Below, one piece after another: positions 38,698 through 47,810 of a DNA stretch of 64,000 nt; positions within the stretch are counted from its first letter, which is position 1; every line of letters starts with the position of its first letter. The DNA lies in assembly GCA_041666185.1 (NCBI GenBank), contig JBAYHL010000002.1, positions 1,834 to 65,833 on the forward strand. The letters run 5' to 3'. The DNA comes from Patescibacteria group bacterium. Its GTDB lineage: Bacteria; Patescibacteriota; UBA1384; UBA12157; JAENIV01. Both the position numbers and the translations under genes were made by a program. The notes beneath the pieces were generated by a model. The model was not told the origin of the DNA. It saw nothing but the letters and a program-made list of their open reading frames with translations, and ran no database searches.

Positions 38698-39201
38698 TTA
38701 CTCTAATTGGTTTGTTGGGGGAACTGTAAGCGATGGTGTAGAAGTGCCATTATTGACCTCTAGTCCTTGGCCAAGCTCGCATGAACCTGTGCTTGACTCA
38801 TTTGTATTAAATGGAGTTACACAAAATAATTTACCAGATGATGGTAGTTTGGCATAACCGACAAAATTATCTTTTGTAACAGTCTGAAATATTAATTCAG
38901 AATTGTTTTGTTTAATTGAGTTTTTGATATCAACAATTTGAGGATCTTTTTCAAGCCCGACAAATGTTTGATTAGTGTCATGGTAAACTGCCGCGGCTGC
39001 TTCAATGGATGTTACTTGGCTTTTAATTACCGCGTCTTTAGCTTTATCGCGAGCGCCACCAGTACTTTTTGTTACCATTACTGCTAAAATCACAACAACT
39101 ATAATTATTGGCACAAGGACGGCCAAAAGAACAATAATAATTAATTTTTTATTGTTAGGTTTTTGTGGTGCTGATTGTTCTGCTTGTGGATTTTGATCCA
39201 T
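38698..39201 (-). CDS. MDQ-family N-anchored membrane protein with pilin-like segment (paralog D)
   Basis: MDQNPQ... Q/P-rich N-terminus, one TM helix, then ARDKAKDAVIKSQVTSIEAAAAVY resembling the N-terminal helix region of type IV pilins. Shares the start context taaggaggaataATGGATCAAAA with paralog B. Confidence 0.5.
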   Translation of the reverse strand: MDQNPQAEQSAPQKPNNKKLIIIVLLAVLVPIIIVVVILAVMVTKSTGGARDKAKDAVIKSQVTSIEAAAAVYHDTNQTFVGLEKDPQIVDIKNSIKQNNSELIFQTVTKDNFVGYAKLPSSGKLFCVTPFNTNESSTGSCELGQGLEVNNGTSTPSLTVPPTNQLE

Positions 39202-39227
39202 TATTCCTCCTTATATTTTTTTATATC

Positions 39228-39380
39228 CTAATTAGCAGTCATGAGTAGCATAGCTAAAAATCCAAAAGTCATTAAGAATAAGATTATTACAACAATTGCG
39301 ATAATGCCGTAGATTTTATTAGGGTTTTTCCGTTGGTTGGTTTGTTGTGTTTGAGATGTTACTTGTTGATTTTGATCCAT
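39228..39380 (-). CDS. MDQ-family small membrane protein (50 aa, paralog C; absent from the supplied ORF track)
   Basis: MDQNQQVTSQTQQTNQRKNPNKIYGIIAIVVIILFLMTFGFLAMLLMTAN. Same start context caaggaggaacaATGGATCAAAA. Confidence 0.4.
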   Translation of the reverse strand: MDQNQQVTSQTQQTNQRKNPNKIYGIIAIVVIILFLMTFGFLAMLLMTAN

Positions 39381-39400
39381 TGTTCCTCCTTGTACATTTT

Positions 39401-39445
39401 TATATAATTAGTCCAATTTTTTCTTTAATTTCTTGGATTGTTTTT
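39401..39445 (-). repeat. Pseudo-copy of the trpS 3' terminus (about 81% nt identity to 40632-40672)
   Basis: Minus-strand translation K-T-I-Q-E-I-K-E-K-I-G-L-I-I-stop matches the trpS C-terminus T-I-Q-E-V-K-E-R-M-G-L-V-I-stop. It lies between paralogs B and C. Confidence 0.6.
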
Positions 39446-39452
39446 TTATGAT

Positions 39453-40025
39453 CTAATTTTTCATCCAAATTCTTAAAGCGTTAGAAGGGTTAAATCCTTC
39501 ATATTCTATCTGCACAACTTTATTATTTGTTAAATTGGTTTGTTTTGTACCATCAGTGATGACAGTTGCAGGACTAATCTTGAAGGTAACAATTTGTCCA
39601 GAACCTTCTTCCAGTATTGTTACGTCGGAAGAGGAAAATGTTTGTAGTATTCCAGACGATTTGGTTGGAGTAAAACCAGTTTGTTTTTGATAATCGGTGA
39701 CTGCATTTATGTTATAGGCGTCGCTGCTAGTTGAGCCGCTTGGGCTACTCGATGGTTGGTTGGGTGTTTTTGCAGCGCTTGTATAAACAGTTGGTGCTGT
39801 TGATGGCTGAGCATTTTTTCGACTAGATCCCATAATAGCTAATACGCCACCCAATATAATAATCATGAGAGGTATACCAACGAAAAGATAAATCACTATT
39901 CTAAGAACAATCATAAGAGGATCAGTTGATTTCCAAAAAGAAACGTTTTTAGATTGTTGCGGTGTCTTATCTTCTGATGAAGATTGTGTATTGGGTTTTT
40001 GTGGTTGGGGTTGCTTTTGATCCAT
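39453..40025 (-). CDS. MDQ-family N-anchored membrane protein (paralog B)
   Basis: MDQKQPQPQKP... low-complexity N-terminus, TM helix, Ser/Thr/Pro-rich linker, C-terminal beta-rich domain. Confidence 0.5.
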   Translation of the reverse strand: MDQKQPQPQKPNTQSSSEDKTPQQSKNVSFWKSTDPLMIVLRIVIYLFVGIPLMIIILGGVLAIMGSSRKNAQPSTAPTVYTSAAKTPNQPSSSPSGSTSSDAYNINAVTDYQKQTGFTPTKSSGILQTFSSSDVTILEEGSGQIVTFKISPATVITDGTKQTNLTNNKVVQIEYEGFNPSNALRIWMKN

Positions 40026-40051
40026 TATTCCTCCTTATGATTTTCTATTAA

Positions 40052-40618
40052 TTAAAATAAAAGTAACAAAAAAATAATAATCATTAAAATAGGGATACCA
40101 ATAAACCACACTATTCTTATATCCTTGGTTTGAGGTAATTTTTCTATATAGTTTTCTAATTCAATAGTTGGCAAAACAGAATAGAGATTTTTATTTCCTT
40201 TATACTTAATCATAAAATTATAACGAAATCTATTATGAGAGAGTGTCTTATAAATAGTTGTGTTTTTAAGCAGAAACTCTTTTTCTTCTTCGAGATCTTT
40301 CAACCTGATTCTGTCTGTAAAGAACGTAATTTCTGTAATGATTCTAGTTTTTGGTACTAAATATAAAAAGAAAATTAACATACTTGTGATAAAAAATAAG
40401 AATGGTAAAGAATGAAGATTAGGCCCTTCTATAAAAAAAGCGAAAAATATAGCAATTAGTCCTAGGTACAACATAACCATAGACAATTTGCGTCCTTGCG
40501 AAGTAGATCCCCAAAAATGACGGCTAGATTTTTGAATTTGAGTCATTTTGTCAGGTTCCAGTAAGCCAGACAAACCAGTAACATATTTTTTACCGACAAT
40601 ATTTTCTTGATTATCCAT
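40052..40618 (-). CDS. Membrane protein starting MDNQEN (related start context; paralog A)
   Basis: 188 aa with three hydrophobic segments. Begins ATGGATAATCAAG, like the MDQ genes. Confidence 0.45.
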   Translation of the reverse strand: MDNQENIVGKKYVTGLSGLLEPDKMTQIQKSSRHFWGSTSQGRKLSMVMLYLGLIAIFFAFFIEGPNLHSLPFLFFITSMLIFFLYLVPKTRIITEITFFTDRIRLKDLEEEKEFLLKNTTIYKTLSHNRFRYNFMIKYKGNKNLYSVLPTIELENYIEKLPQTKDIRIVWFIGIPILMIIIFLLLLF

Positions 40619-40631
40619 ATTTATTATATTC

Positions 40632-41591
40632 CTATATCACTAATCCCATTCTTTCTTTTACTTCTTGGATTGTTTTGGAAGCTACTGGCCTTAATTTTTC
40701 GGCGCCTTCCTTTAAAATTCTTTTGACTTCTTCGTCGGTGATTTCATTTCGGCGTTTTTGAAATGGCTCAAGTTCTTTAATGATCGCTTCGGCAAGAGCA
40801 GGCTTGAATTCGGAATATTTAATAATACCGGCTTTTCTTTGCTCCATAAAATCTTCAGCTTCTTCTTTGCCAGCAAATTCGCCATAAAGATTGATTAAAT
40901 TTGTTGTCCCATTGGAAATTTCATCTGAGCGGCCATCATCAGTGACAGCACTCATGATTTTTGTTCTAATTGTTTCTGGATCATCAGTTAAAGCGATATA
41001 AGTGTTTGGAGCATCAGATTTCGACATTTTACCACTCCCGGAAAGCGAACCAACTCGTTTTGCTTCGGTCAAGAGTGGTTTTGGCTCGGGGAACATTTGA
41101 CCAAATTTGGTATTGAAACGTCTGGCTAAATCACGTGTTAATTCAACATGTTGAACTTGATCTTCGCCGACTGGTACACCCTCAGCTTTATAAAGTAAAA
41201 TATCAGCGGCCATTAAAACCGGATAATCAAAAAGACCAACTCTTTCCTCGTGTTTTTCTGACTTTTCTTTATATTGAGTCATTCGATTAAGTTCGCCCAT
41301 GGTGGAGATGGTATTAAGCAGCCAAGCCAACTCAGTGTGCTCTTTTATATCTGATTGTAAGAACAAAACAGATTTATTTGGGTTAACGCCTGACGCCAAA
41401 ACGTCTTTAGCGGCAGAAATAATTCTTTGTGACATTTCTTGCTTCGGGTAACTAACAGTAATTGCATGATAATCAACAATACAAAAAATTGCCTCATTTT
41501 CAGCTTGAAGCTTTGCCCAATTTTTCATTGCCCCTAAGTAATTGCCTAAATGAACAACGCCAGATGGTTGAATACCAGAAAATATTTTCAT
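40632..41591 (-). CDS. trpS: Tryptophan--tRNA ligase
   Basis: HIGH-like GVVHLGN and KMSKS (GKMSKSD) motifs, 319 aa. Confidence 0.95.
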   Translation of the reverse strand: MKIFSGIQPSGVVHLGNYLGAMKNWAKLQAENEAIFCIVDYHAITVSYPKQEMSQRIISAAKDVLASGVNPNKSVLFLQSDIKEHTELAWLLNTISTMGELNRMTQYKEKSEKHEERVGLFDYPVLMAADILLYKAEGVPVGEDQVQHVELTRDLARRFNTKFGQMFPEPKPLLTEAKRVGSLSGSGKMSKSDAPNTYIALTDDPETIRTKIMSAVTDDGRSDEISNGTTNLINLYGEFAGKEEAEDFMEQRKAGIIKYSEFKPALAEAIIKELEPFQKRRNEITDEEVKRILKEGAEKLRPVASKTIQEVKERMGLVI

Positions 41592-41664
41592 AAAAACTCC
41601 TACGTTTATTCTATCAGTATTAAGCTCTTGTTTTCAAGATGAATTGGGTATAAAATAGCAGGCT

Positions 41665-42561
41665 ATGAACAAAATTGAAAAAGCGATCATAAAAACCTTA
41701 GCCTTTTTTGAAATTTTCTCGCGTCCATTAACACTTGAAGAGCTGTGGCATTTTTTGTATAAATGTCAGACAAGTAAACTACAAGTTTTAATGGGATTAA
41801 GAAGCTTACAAAGAAAAAAGATAATTGTTAAGAAAGATTCGTATTTTTTATTTTCGGACAATAAAAAAGCTCTTACGACTTTTTTAAATCAAAAAGATAT
41901 TTGCCAAAAACGTTTTGAGAAAGTTAGAAAAACTGTTAAATTTCTTCGCTATGCTCCATTTGTGAAAAACGTTTCTATAATAAATTCTTTAGCTTTTAAG
42001 GCCTCAAACATTAATTCTGATATTGATATTTTTATTGTTGCGAGTAAAAATCATCTTTGGTCGTGCAGGGCTTTTGTAATAACAATTTTAGAAATTTTGG
42101 GGCAAAATAAAAACAAGTGGTATAAAGCAGATAAATTTTGTTTAGGCTTTGCTGTCGATGAAGAAAAATTAGATTTAGCTGATCTTTGTTTTAAAGATGA
42201 CATTTATTTTACTTATTGGTTAGCAACTTTACATCCCGTATTTGATAGAAAAATTTATCAAAAGTTAATTGCCCAAAACTCTTGGATTTTCAATAGTTTG
42301 CCTAATTGGCAAGCAAAAAATATTTCAATCACAAAAGAGAAAAAAACGAAATTAGAGAAAATTCTTTCCGGGAATTTTGGTAAACGTTTGGAAGAATTTT
42401 TAAGTAATTTACAAATAAAAAAGATTCAAAACGAAAAAGAAAACAACCGTCCGGGGGCATCGGTTATTGCTAACTCTCAAATAATGAAATTGCATGCTTA
42501 TGACAAACGCGAATCATATAGAAATCTTTGGCAGGAAAGATTGAAAGAGTTAAAAATATGA
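41665..42561 (+). CDS. Hypothetical protein (possible minimal nucleotidyltransferase-fold segment SDIDIFIV)
   Basis: 298-aa ORF. Weak G/S-x9-DxD-like pattern only. Confidence 0.45.
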   Translation: MNKIEKAIIKTLAFFEIFSRPLTLEELWHFLYKCQTSKLQVLMGLRSLQRKKIIVKKDSYFLFSDNKKALTTFLNQKDICQKRFEKVRKTVKFLRYAPFVKNVSIINSLAFKASNINSDIDIFIVASKNHLWSCRAFVITILEILGQNKNKWYKADKFCLGFAVDEEKLDLADLCFKDDIYFTYWLATLHPVFDRKIYQKLIAQNSWIFNSLPNWQAKNISITKEKKTKLEKILSGNFGKRLEEFLSNLQIKKIQNEKENNRPGASVIANSQIMKLHAYDKRESYRNLWQERLKELKI

Positions 42562-42572
42562 TACATTTAGAC

Positions 42573-42602
42573 TTGACAGAATTGGTTTTCTTTGGTTAAA
42601 AT
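42573..42602 (+). promoter_or_regulatory. Sigma70-type promoter upstream of groES
   Basis: TTGACA, 17/18-nt spacer, then TTAAAA/TAAAAT. No CIRCE inverted repeat found in the leader. Confidence 0.5.
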
Positions 42603-42713
42603 GATGTGTGGTGGGAGTCGGTTATCCCCCTTCCGGCTTCCATCGCAAAATTTTCGGAGGAGTCCGATTTTTTAATCTATTTATTCATTAATTTAAATTG
42701 TGGAGGTAATTTC

Positions 42714-42998
42714 ATGAAAATTAAACCTTTAGCCGATAGAGTAGTTCTCAAGCCTTTGGAAGAAGAATCAAAGACTAAATCAGGTATTATTATTCCCGAT
42801 ACCGCCAAAGAAAAGTCTCATCGTGGCGAAATTATTGCTGTTGGTGCTGGCAAATACGATGATGGTAAGTTAATTGAATTAACTGTCAAAATTGGTGATA
42901 AAGTTTTATACAAAGAATATTCTGGTGACGAGTTTAAGCTTGATGGTGTTCAAGTAATTATTTTAAAAGAAGAAGATATTATTGCTATCATTGAATGA
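42714..42998 (+). CDS. groS: Co-chaperonin GroES
   Basis: MKIKPLADRVVLKP...IIAVGAGK. RBS GGAGGT. The track ORF has a spurious upstream extension. Confidence 0.95.
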   Translation: MKIKPLADRVVLKPLEEESKTKSGIIIPDTAKEKSHRGEIIAVGAGKYDDGKLIELTVKIGDKVLYKEYSGDEFKLDGVQVIILKEEDIIAIIE

Positions 42999-43020
42999 TA
43001 ATTAATAGAAAGGGTTTTTT

Positions 43021-44652
43021 ATGGCTAAGCAAATTAAATATTCTGACCAGGCGAGAGACGGAATTAAAAATGGCATCAATGTTCTAGCTAATTCCGTTAA
43101 GATAACTTTAGGGCCAAAAGGTCGCAATGTTATCTTGGACAAAGGCTTTGGCGCGCCTCACATTACTAATGATGGCGTGACGATTGCCAAGGAAATTGAA
43201 CTTGAAGATAAGTTTGAAAATATGGGTGCTCAACTCATTAAGCAAGTTGCTGAAAAAACTGCTGACATTGCTGGTGATGGGACTACAACGGCAACCATTC
43301 TTACTCAGATTATGGTTAATGAAGGTTTGAGAAATGTTACTGCTGGGGCTGACCCTCTTCGTATTCGAAAAGGAATCGAGAAGGGCGTTGAAGCGGTTGT
43401 GAAGTCTATTCAAACTCAAGCCAAGGACTTGCAAGGCAAAGAAGAAATTGGTCAAGTGGCTTCAATCTCTGCCGCTGACACGGAAGTTGGTAAGCTTATT
43501 GCCGAAGTTATGGATCTTGTTGGTCGCGACGGTGTTATTACTGTTGAAGAATCGCAGACCATGGGATTAGAAAAAGAAGTTGTTGAAGGGATGCAGTTTG
43601 ATCAGGGTTATATTTCACATTATATGATGACTGATGCTAATCGAATGGAAGCGACTTTAGAAAATCCTAATATTTTAATGACTGATAAAAAGATTTCTGC
43701 TATTTCGGAAATAATGCCTCTTTTGGAAAATTTGGCAAGCAGTGGTAAAAAAGACTTAGTGATTATTGCCGAAGATGTAGATGGTGAAGCTTTGGCAACT
43801 TTAATTGTTAATAAGCTTCGTGGCATTATGAACGTTTTAGCGGTTAAAGCGCCTGGTTTTGGCGATACGAGAAAAGCCTATTTGGAAGATATTGCTATTT
43901 TAACCGGTGCGCAAGTCGTCTCTGAAGATCGTGGTATGAAATTGGAAGAAACAACTATAGAAATGCTTGGGTCATCGCGCAAAATTGTTTCCGATAAAGA
44001 TAAGACCACAATTGTAAAAGGTAATGGTAATCAAAAAGCTATTCAGGATCGGGTTAAACAAATTAAGAAAGAAATTGAAAAATCAACCTCGGATTATGAT
44101 AAGAAAAAGCTTGAAGAACGTTTGGCAAAACTTGCTGGTGGCGTAGGGGTGATCAAGGTTGGTGCGGCCACCGAAGTTGAATTAAAAGAGAAAAAAGATA
44201 AAATTGATGATGCTGTTCATGCGACTAAAGCGGCTGTTGAAGAAGGAATTGTCTCTGGCGGTGGGGTTGCCTTAGTTGACTCAATTAAGGCTTTAGATAG
44301 TGTTACTGTTACTGGCGATGAAAAAATTGGTATTCAAATTCTTCGCCGAGCTTTAGAAGAACCAATGCGTCAGATTGCCACCAACGCAGGCAAAGATGGC
44401 TCGGTTGTTATTGAAGAAGTAAAACGACAGGCAAAAGGTATTGGTTATGATGCATTTCGCGATGAATACGTTGACATGATTAAGTCAGGTATTATTGATC
44501 CGGCCAAAGTCACGCGAAGCGCTTTGCAAAATGCAGCTTCGGTTGCTTCTTCAGTTTTGACAACTGAAGTTGCGGTGACTGACTTACCAGAAAAAAATCA
44601 ACCGGCAATGCCTGATATGAGTGGTATGGGTGGCATGCCAGGAATGATGTAA
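43021..44652 (+). CDS. groL: Chaperonin GroEL
   Basis: Full-length 543 aa with GDGTTTAT and a C-terminal GGM repeat tail. Confidence 0.97.
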   Translation: MAKQIKYSDQARDGIKNGINVLANSVKITLGPKGRNVILDKGFGAPHITNDGVTIAKEIELEDKFENMGAQLIKQVAEKTADIAGDGTTTATILTQIMVNEGLRNVTAGADPLRIRKGIEKGVEAVVKSIQTQAKDLQGKEEIGQVASISAADTEVGKLIAEVMDLVGRDGVITVEESQTMGLEKEVVEGMQFDQGYISHYMMTDANRMEATLENPNILMTDKKISAISEIMPLLENLASSGKKDLVIIAEDVDGEALATLIVNKLRGIMNVLAVKAPGFGDTRKAYLEDIAILTGAQVVSEDRGMKLEETTIEMLGSSRKIVSDKDKTTIVKGNGNQKAIQDRVKQIKKEIEKSTSDYDKKKLEERLAKLAGGVGVIKVGAATEVELKEKKDKIDDAVHATKAAVEEGIVSGGGVALVDSIKALDSVTVTGDEKIGIQILRRALEEPMRQIATNAGKDGSVVIEEVKRQAKGIGYDAFRDEYVDMIKSGIIDPAKVTRSALQNAASVASSVLTTEVAVTDLPEKNQPAMPDMSGMGGMPGMM

Positions 44653-44684
44653 CAAGTAAATCAAATACGAAACTAGATATTAAA

Positions 44685-44720
44685 AGAAAAACCCCAAGAG
44701 AGAATCGAGGGGTTTTTCTT
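44685..44720. terminator. Bidirectional rho-independent terminator
   Basis: AAAACCCC-13 nt-GGGGTTTT with T-runs on both strands, lying between convergent groEL and ogt. Confidence 0.7.
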
Positions 44721-44722
44721 AA

Positions 44723-45046
44723 TTATTCTAAATTTGGTAATTCAATTTTGCGATTATTAATTATATGACCTTCTGCGCGGAGGATTTTTTCTTTGGCATT
44801 TTGGCCTAAAGCGTAGCCACCGACAAAACCATCTGAACGAATTACTCGATGACAGGGGACGGGAGAAAAGTCTTTGATTGGTAATTGTTTTGAATGATCG
44901 TGAAAATTTTTATTTAAAATAGAACCGACAGCTCTGTAAGCTCGTGGTGAGCCGGCTTTTTTGGCCACTTGAGCATAGGTCATTAATTTTCCTTTGGAAA
45001 TTTTTCCGACGGTTTCTAAAACTTTCCTAGTAAAATCTTTTTTCAT
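44723..45046 (-). CDS. ogt: Methylated-DNA--protein-cysteine methyltransferase domain protein (C-terminal DNA-binding/active-site domain only)
   Basis: PCHRVIRSDG active-site motif. 107 aa. Confidence 0.85.
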   Translation of the reverse strand: MKKDFTRKVLETVGKISKGKLMTYAQVAKKAGSPRAYRAVGSILNKNFHDHSKQLPIKDFSPVPCHRVIRSDGFVGGYALGQNAKEKILRAEGHIINNRKIELPNLE

Positions 45047-45049
45047 GAT

Positions 45050-45595
45050 TTAGGCAGTCTCGGCCCCCACGATCCCTTTTGGTGGTTCGCCTACATCATC
45101 AATAAAAATAATTTTTTTGTCAATTTTTGAAACTCTGTCAGCGGTAAGTATTTTTGAATTACCAAGGATGTCTTTTAAATAATATTTAGTAACAATTGTA
45201 TTATTGGTATCAATTAAAAAGTTTTCAACAATTCCTAATTTTTGACCTGATTCTGTTTTAGCATTCATACCCAAAAGAATAATTTTTTCATCAAGTAAGT
45301 TTTTAATACGAACAACTTCTGCAGCATCAACTAAATTTTCATCGGAATTAGTTACTAGACCATTAGGGTCCCAATCAGTAATATCAATAATCGAAAGAAC
45401 TTTTTTAGGGCTAAAAACTCCGCCGATTTGAACCATAAGGCCTAAAAGTTGACCATTTTTTGGGTCAACTATAATTTCTCTAACGGTGCCGATTTTAGAT
45501 TGAGTCTCTAAAGAGGCTATGGGCATACCAATTAATTTAGAAGCTTCAATAAACATAAGTAATTTTATCGTATAAAATTGGTAGATAAAATGCAA
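45050..45595 (-). CDS. PRC-barrel domain protein (two PRC-like repeats)
   Basis: Pattern similar to YlmC/YmxH-like PRC barrels. Start is uncertain (no RBS at either candidate ATG). Confidence 0.5.
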   Translation of the reverse strand: MHFIYQFYTIKLLMFIEASKLIGMPIASLETQSKIGTVREIIVDPKNGQLLGLMVQIGGVFSPKKVLSIIDITDWDPNGLVTNSDENLVDAAEVVRIKNLLDEKIILLGMNAKTESGQKLGIVENFLIDTNNTIVTKYYLKDILGNSKILTADRVSKIDKKIIFIDDVGEPPKGIVGAETA

Positions 45596-45659
45596 AGTTT
45601 AAACAATTTTAAGATTTATGCTACATTAATAATATAGGACCAAAAGGGAGGTTTTTTTA

Positions 45660-46445
45660 ATGGATCATGAAAAAAGAAAAGGTTTTACTTTAATTGAGCT
45701 CTTGGTAGTTATCGCTATTATTGGTGTTTTAGCGGCTATGATTTTAATTGCCGTGAGTAACGCGCGTCGCAAAGCTAAAGAGGCCTCTGGCAAGGGGACT
45801 CTTTCGTCAGTTGTGGCTGCCATGACGGAATGTATTCAAGGTGGAGGAGTTGTTAAACCTTCGAAGGCTGATGATTATATTTGTTTCCCGGCCAATACTA
45901 ATACAACAATGGCTAAATATCCTGCTTTTGCCGCCAGTACAGGTTGGCATTATTACAATACAAATCCTTTGGGTAGGGTTATATTTGGTAGTGGCGATTC
46001 GAGTCAAATTATTGCTGGCTGTGACACCCCTGTTTGTGGCCAAGCGACTGTTTGTAGTCGTGTCCAACCAACTGGTCTAACTTTTACATCAGGACCATGT
46101 GTTCCTAATATTAGGGCAGCTTCTTTTGAACCCATTGATTACAATGTGCAACGAAGTGGAGATCAACAATCTTTTGTGGGTTATTTTTTGGGAACAATGC
46201 TACCAAGTAGTGTTTCTTGCAAAGATTCAGCTGGTCAAAGTATAACTCCTGTGCAAGGTACTTTTGGAGAAACACCAACTAGAATATGGACTACATATAC
46301 TTGCACTGTTTCTTGGCCATCAAGTCCAGCAATTACGACAGATGCTTTATTAAGCAATATTAGATACGATCTGGTTACTATGACAGCTAACATATCTAGT
46401 TATCCCGAAGTAAATGCTAGCTGGATTTGGTATGAGAACAATTAA
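45660..46445 (+). CDS. Type IV pilin / pseudopilin (class III prepilin signal)
   Basis: KGFTLIELLVVIAIIGVLAAMILIA canonical N-methylation/cleavage motif. RBS AAAGGGAGG. Cys-rich C-terminal domain. Confidence 0.85.
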   Translation: MDHEKRKGFTLIELLVVIAIIGVLAAMILIAVSNARRKAKEASGKGTLSSVVAAMTECIQGGGVVKPSKADDYICFPANTNTTMAKYPAFAASTGWHYYNTNPLGRVIFGSGDSSQIIAGCDTPVCGQATVCSRVQPTGLTFTSGPCVPNIRAASFEPIDYNVQRSGDQQSFVGYFLGTMLPSSVSCKDSAGQSITPVQGTFGETPTRIWTTYTCTVSWPSSPAITTDALLSNIRYDLVTMTANISSYPEVNASWIWYENN

Positions 46446-46463
46446 GAGGGTTAATAAATATTT

Positions 46464-47021
46464 TTATCCGCGCTCAACATATTCACCGGTACGAGTATCA
46501 ATGATAATTTTATCACCTTCTTTGATGAAGAGGGGAACATTAATTTGTGCACCTGTTTCCAGTGTCGCGGGTTTTGTTATTGTTGAGGCCGTATTTCCTT
46601 TAAATCCTGGTTCAGTGTAGGTGATTTCCAAGCTTATTTTAATTGGTAGCTGAATATTTAATGGATCGTCTTTAAAATATAAAATATCAATTTCGGCACT
46701 TTCTTTTAGAAAATTTGCCATTTTGCCAAGTTGAGAAGCTTTAATAGGGAATTGCTCGAAATTTTCCAAATTCATGAAATAGAAATTTTCGGCATCTTTG
46801 TAGAGATATTGAGCTTTTCGTGTGTCAAGTTCTGCTTCCTCAATCTTTTCGGCTCCGGCAAAAGTTTTATCTATTACTGCGTCAGAACTCAAATTTTTTA
46901 TTTTTGTTCGCAAAATCCCTCCACCGCGACCAACTTTAGAATGTTCAGTAAAAATTACTTGGTGAGGTTGACCATTATAAATAATTTTTGTACCAATTTT
47001 TAGATCATTTATAGTGTACAT
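46464..47021 (-). CDS. efp: Elongation factor P
   Basis: 185 aa, KxGRGG loop region (HSKVGRGGGILRTKIKNL). Confidence 0.95.
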   Translation of the reverse strand: MYTINDLKIGTKIIYNGQPHQVIFTEHSKVGRGGGILRTKIKNLSSDAVIDKTFAGAEKIEEAELDTRKAQYLYKDAENFYFMNLENFEQFPIKASQLGKMANFLKESAEIDILYFKDDPLNIQLPIKISLEITYTEPGFKGNTASTITKPATLETGAQINVPLFIKEGDKIIIDTRTGEYVERG

Positions 47022-47061
47022 AATATAAGTAACTTTAGAAATTCAAAAACAATATATGTTT

Positions 47062-47286
47062 TTACCTTTTTACGTATGGTAATAGTGCTAAAAATCGAGC
47101 TCGTTTAATAGCTTCCGCTAATCTTCGTTGATGCTTGGCACAAGTGCCAGTATCGCGAGCAGATTTCATTTTTGCCCAAGGAGTAAGATATTTTATTAAA
47201 GCTCCTGAATCTTTATAATCAATAATATCGATTTTCTTTCGGCAAAAATTACATTGTTTTCTTGATGGACTAAATTTTCTTGGCAT
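47062..47286 (-). CDS. rpsR: 30S ribosomal protein S18
   Basis: 74 aa; CNFCRKKIDIIDYKDSGALIKYLTPWAKM... Confidence 0.95.
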   Translation of the reverse strand: MPRKFSPSRKQCNFCRKKIDIIDYKDSGALIKYLTPWAKMKSARDTGTCAKHQRRLAEAIKRARFLALLPYVKR

Positions 47287-47308
47287 TTTACTCCTGTGAT
47301 CTTTCTAT

Positions 47309-47809
47309 TTAAAATGGTATTTCGTCTAAATTTATATCATCGCTGTCCGCTGATGGAATTTCTTCTTTAATTTCTTTTTTTGGCGCTGCTTTCTTAGTTG
47401 GTTTTTCCTCGACTTTGTCTCCAGTAGGAAACTCTTCAACTTCCCCGCCTAATACTGGTGATGAATCAGAAGAACCGCCTTTTGGTGTTAAAAAGATAAA
47501 GTTTTCGGCAACGATTTCTGTGCGATTTCGTTTTCCGCCGTCTTGGCCTTCCCATGAACGAGTCTGCAAACGACCTTCAATATAAACTTTATTACCTTTT
47601 TTTAGGTATTGTGAAGTAATTTCGGCTAATTTTCCCCAAGCAACAATGTTGTGAAACTCTGTTGCTTCTTGGTTTGTGCCGTCATTACCTTTCCATCGAC
47701 GATTAGTCGCGACTGAAAAGGAACAGACTGCTTGACCATTGGGAGTGTAGCGCATCTCTGGATCGCGCGTAACGTTACCAACGATTTGAGCTCGATTTAG
47801 AGAAAACAT
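47309..47809 (-). CDS. ssb: Single-stranded DNA-binding protein
   Basis: OB-fold N-terminus NRAQIVGNVTRDPEMRYTPNG and acidic C-terminus ending DDINLDEIPF. Confidence 0.95.
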   Translation of the reverse strand: MFSLNRAQIVGNVTRDPEMRYTPNGQAVCSFSVATNRRWKGNDGTNQEATEFHNIVAWGKLAEITSQYLKKGNKVYIEGRLQTRSWEGQDGGKRNRTEIVAENFIFLTPKGGSSDSSPVLGGEVEEFPTGDKVEEKPTKKAAPKKEIKEEIPSADSDDINLDEIPF

Positions 47810-47810
47810 A

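Noticed and set aside
42562-42713. CIRCE (HrcA operator) element upstream of groES
   Set aside because: No TTAGCACTC-N9-GAGTGCTAA-like inverted repeat is present. Only a sigma70-like promoter and a short hairpin, so heat-shock control via CIRCE is not supported.
42606-42713. Upstream extension of groES in the track (MWWESVIPLP...)
   Set aside because: It reads through the promoter/leader; the true start is ATG 42714 with a GGAGGT RBS.
43108-43826. Minus-strand ORFs inside groEL
   Set aside because: Antisense shadows.
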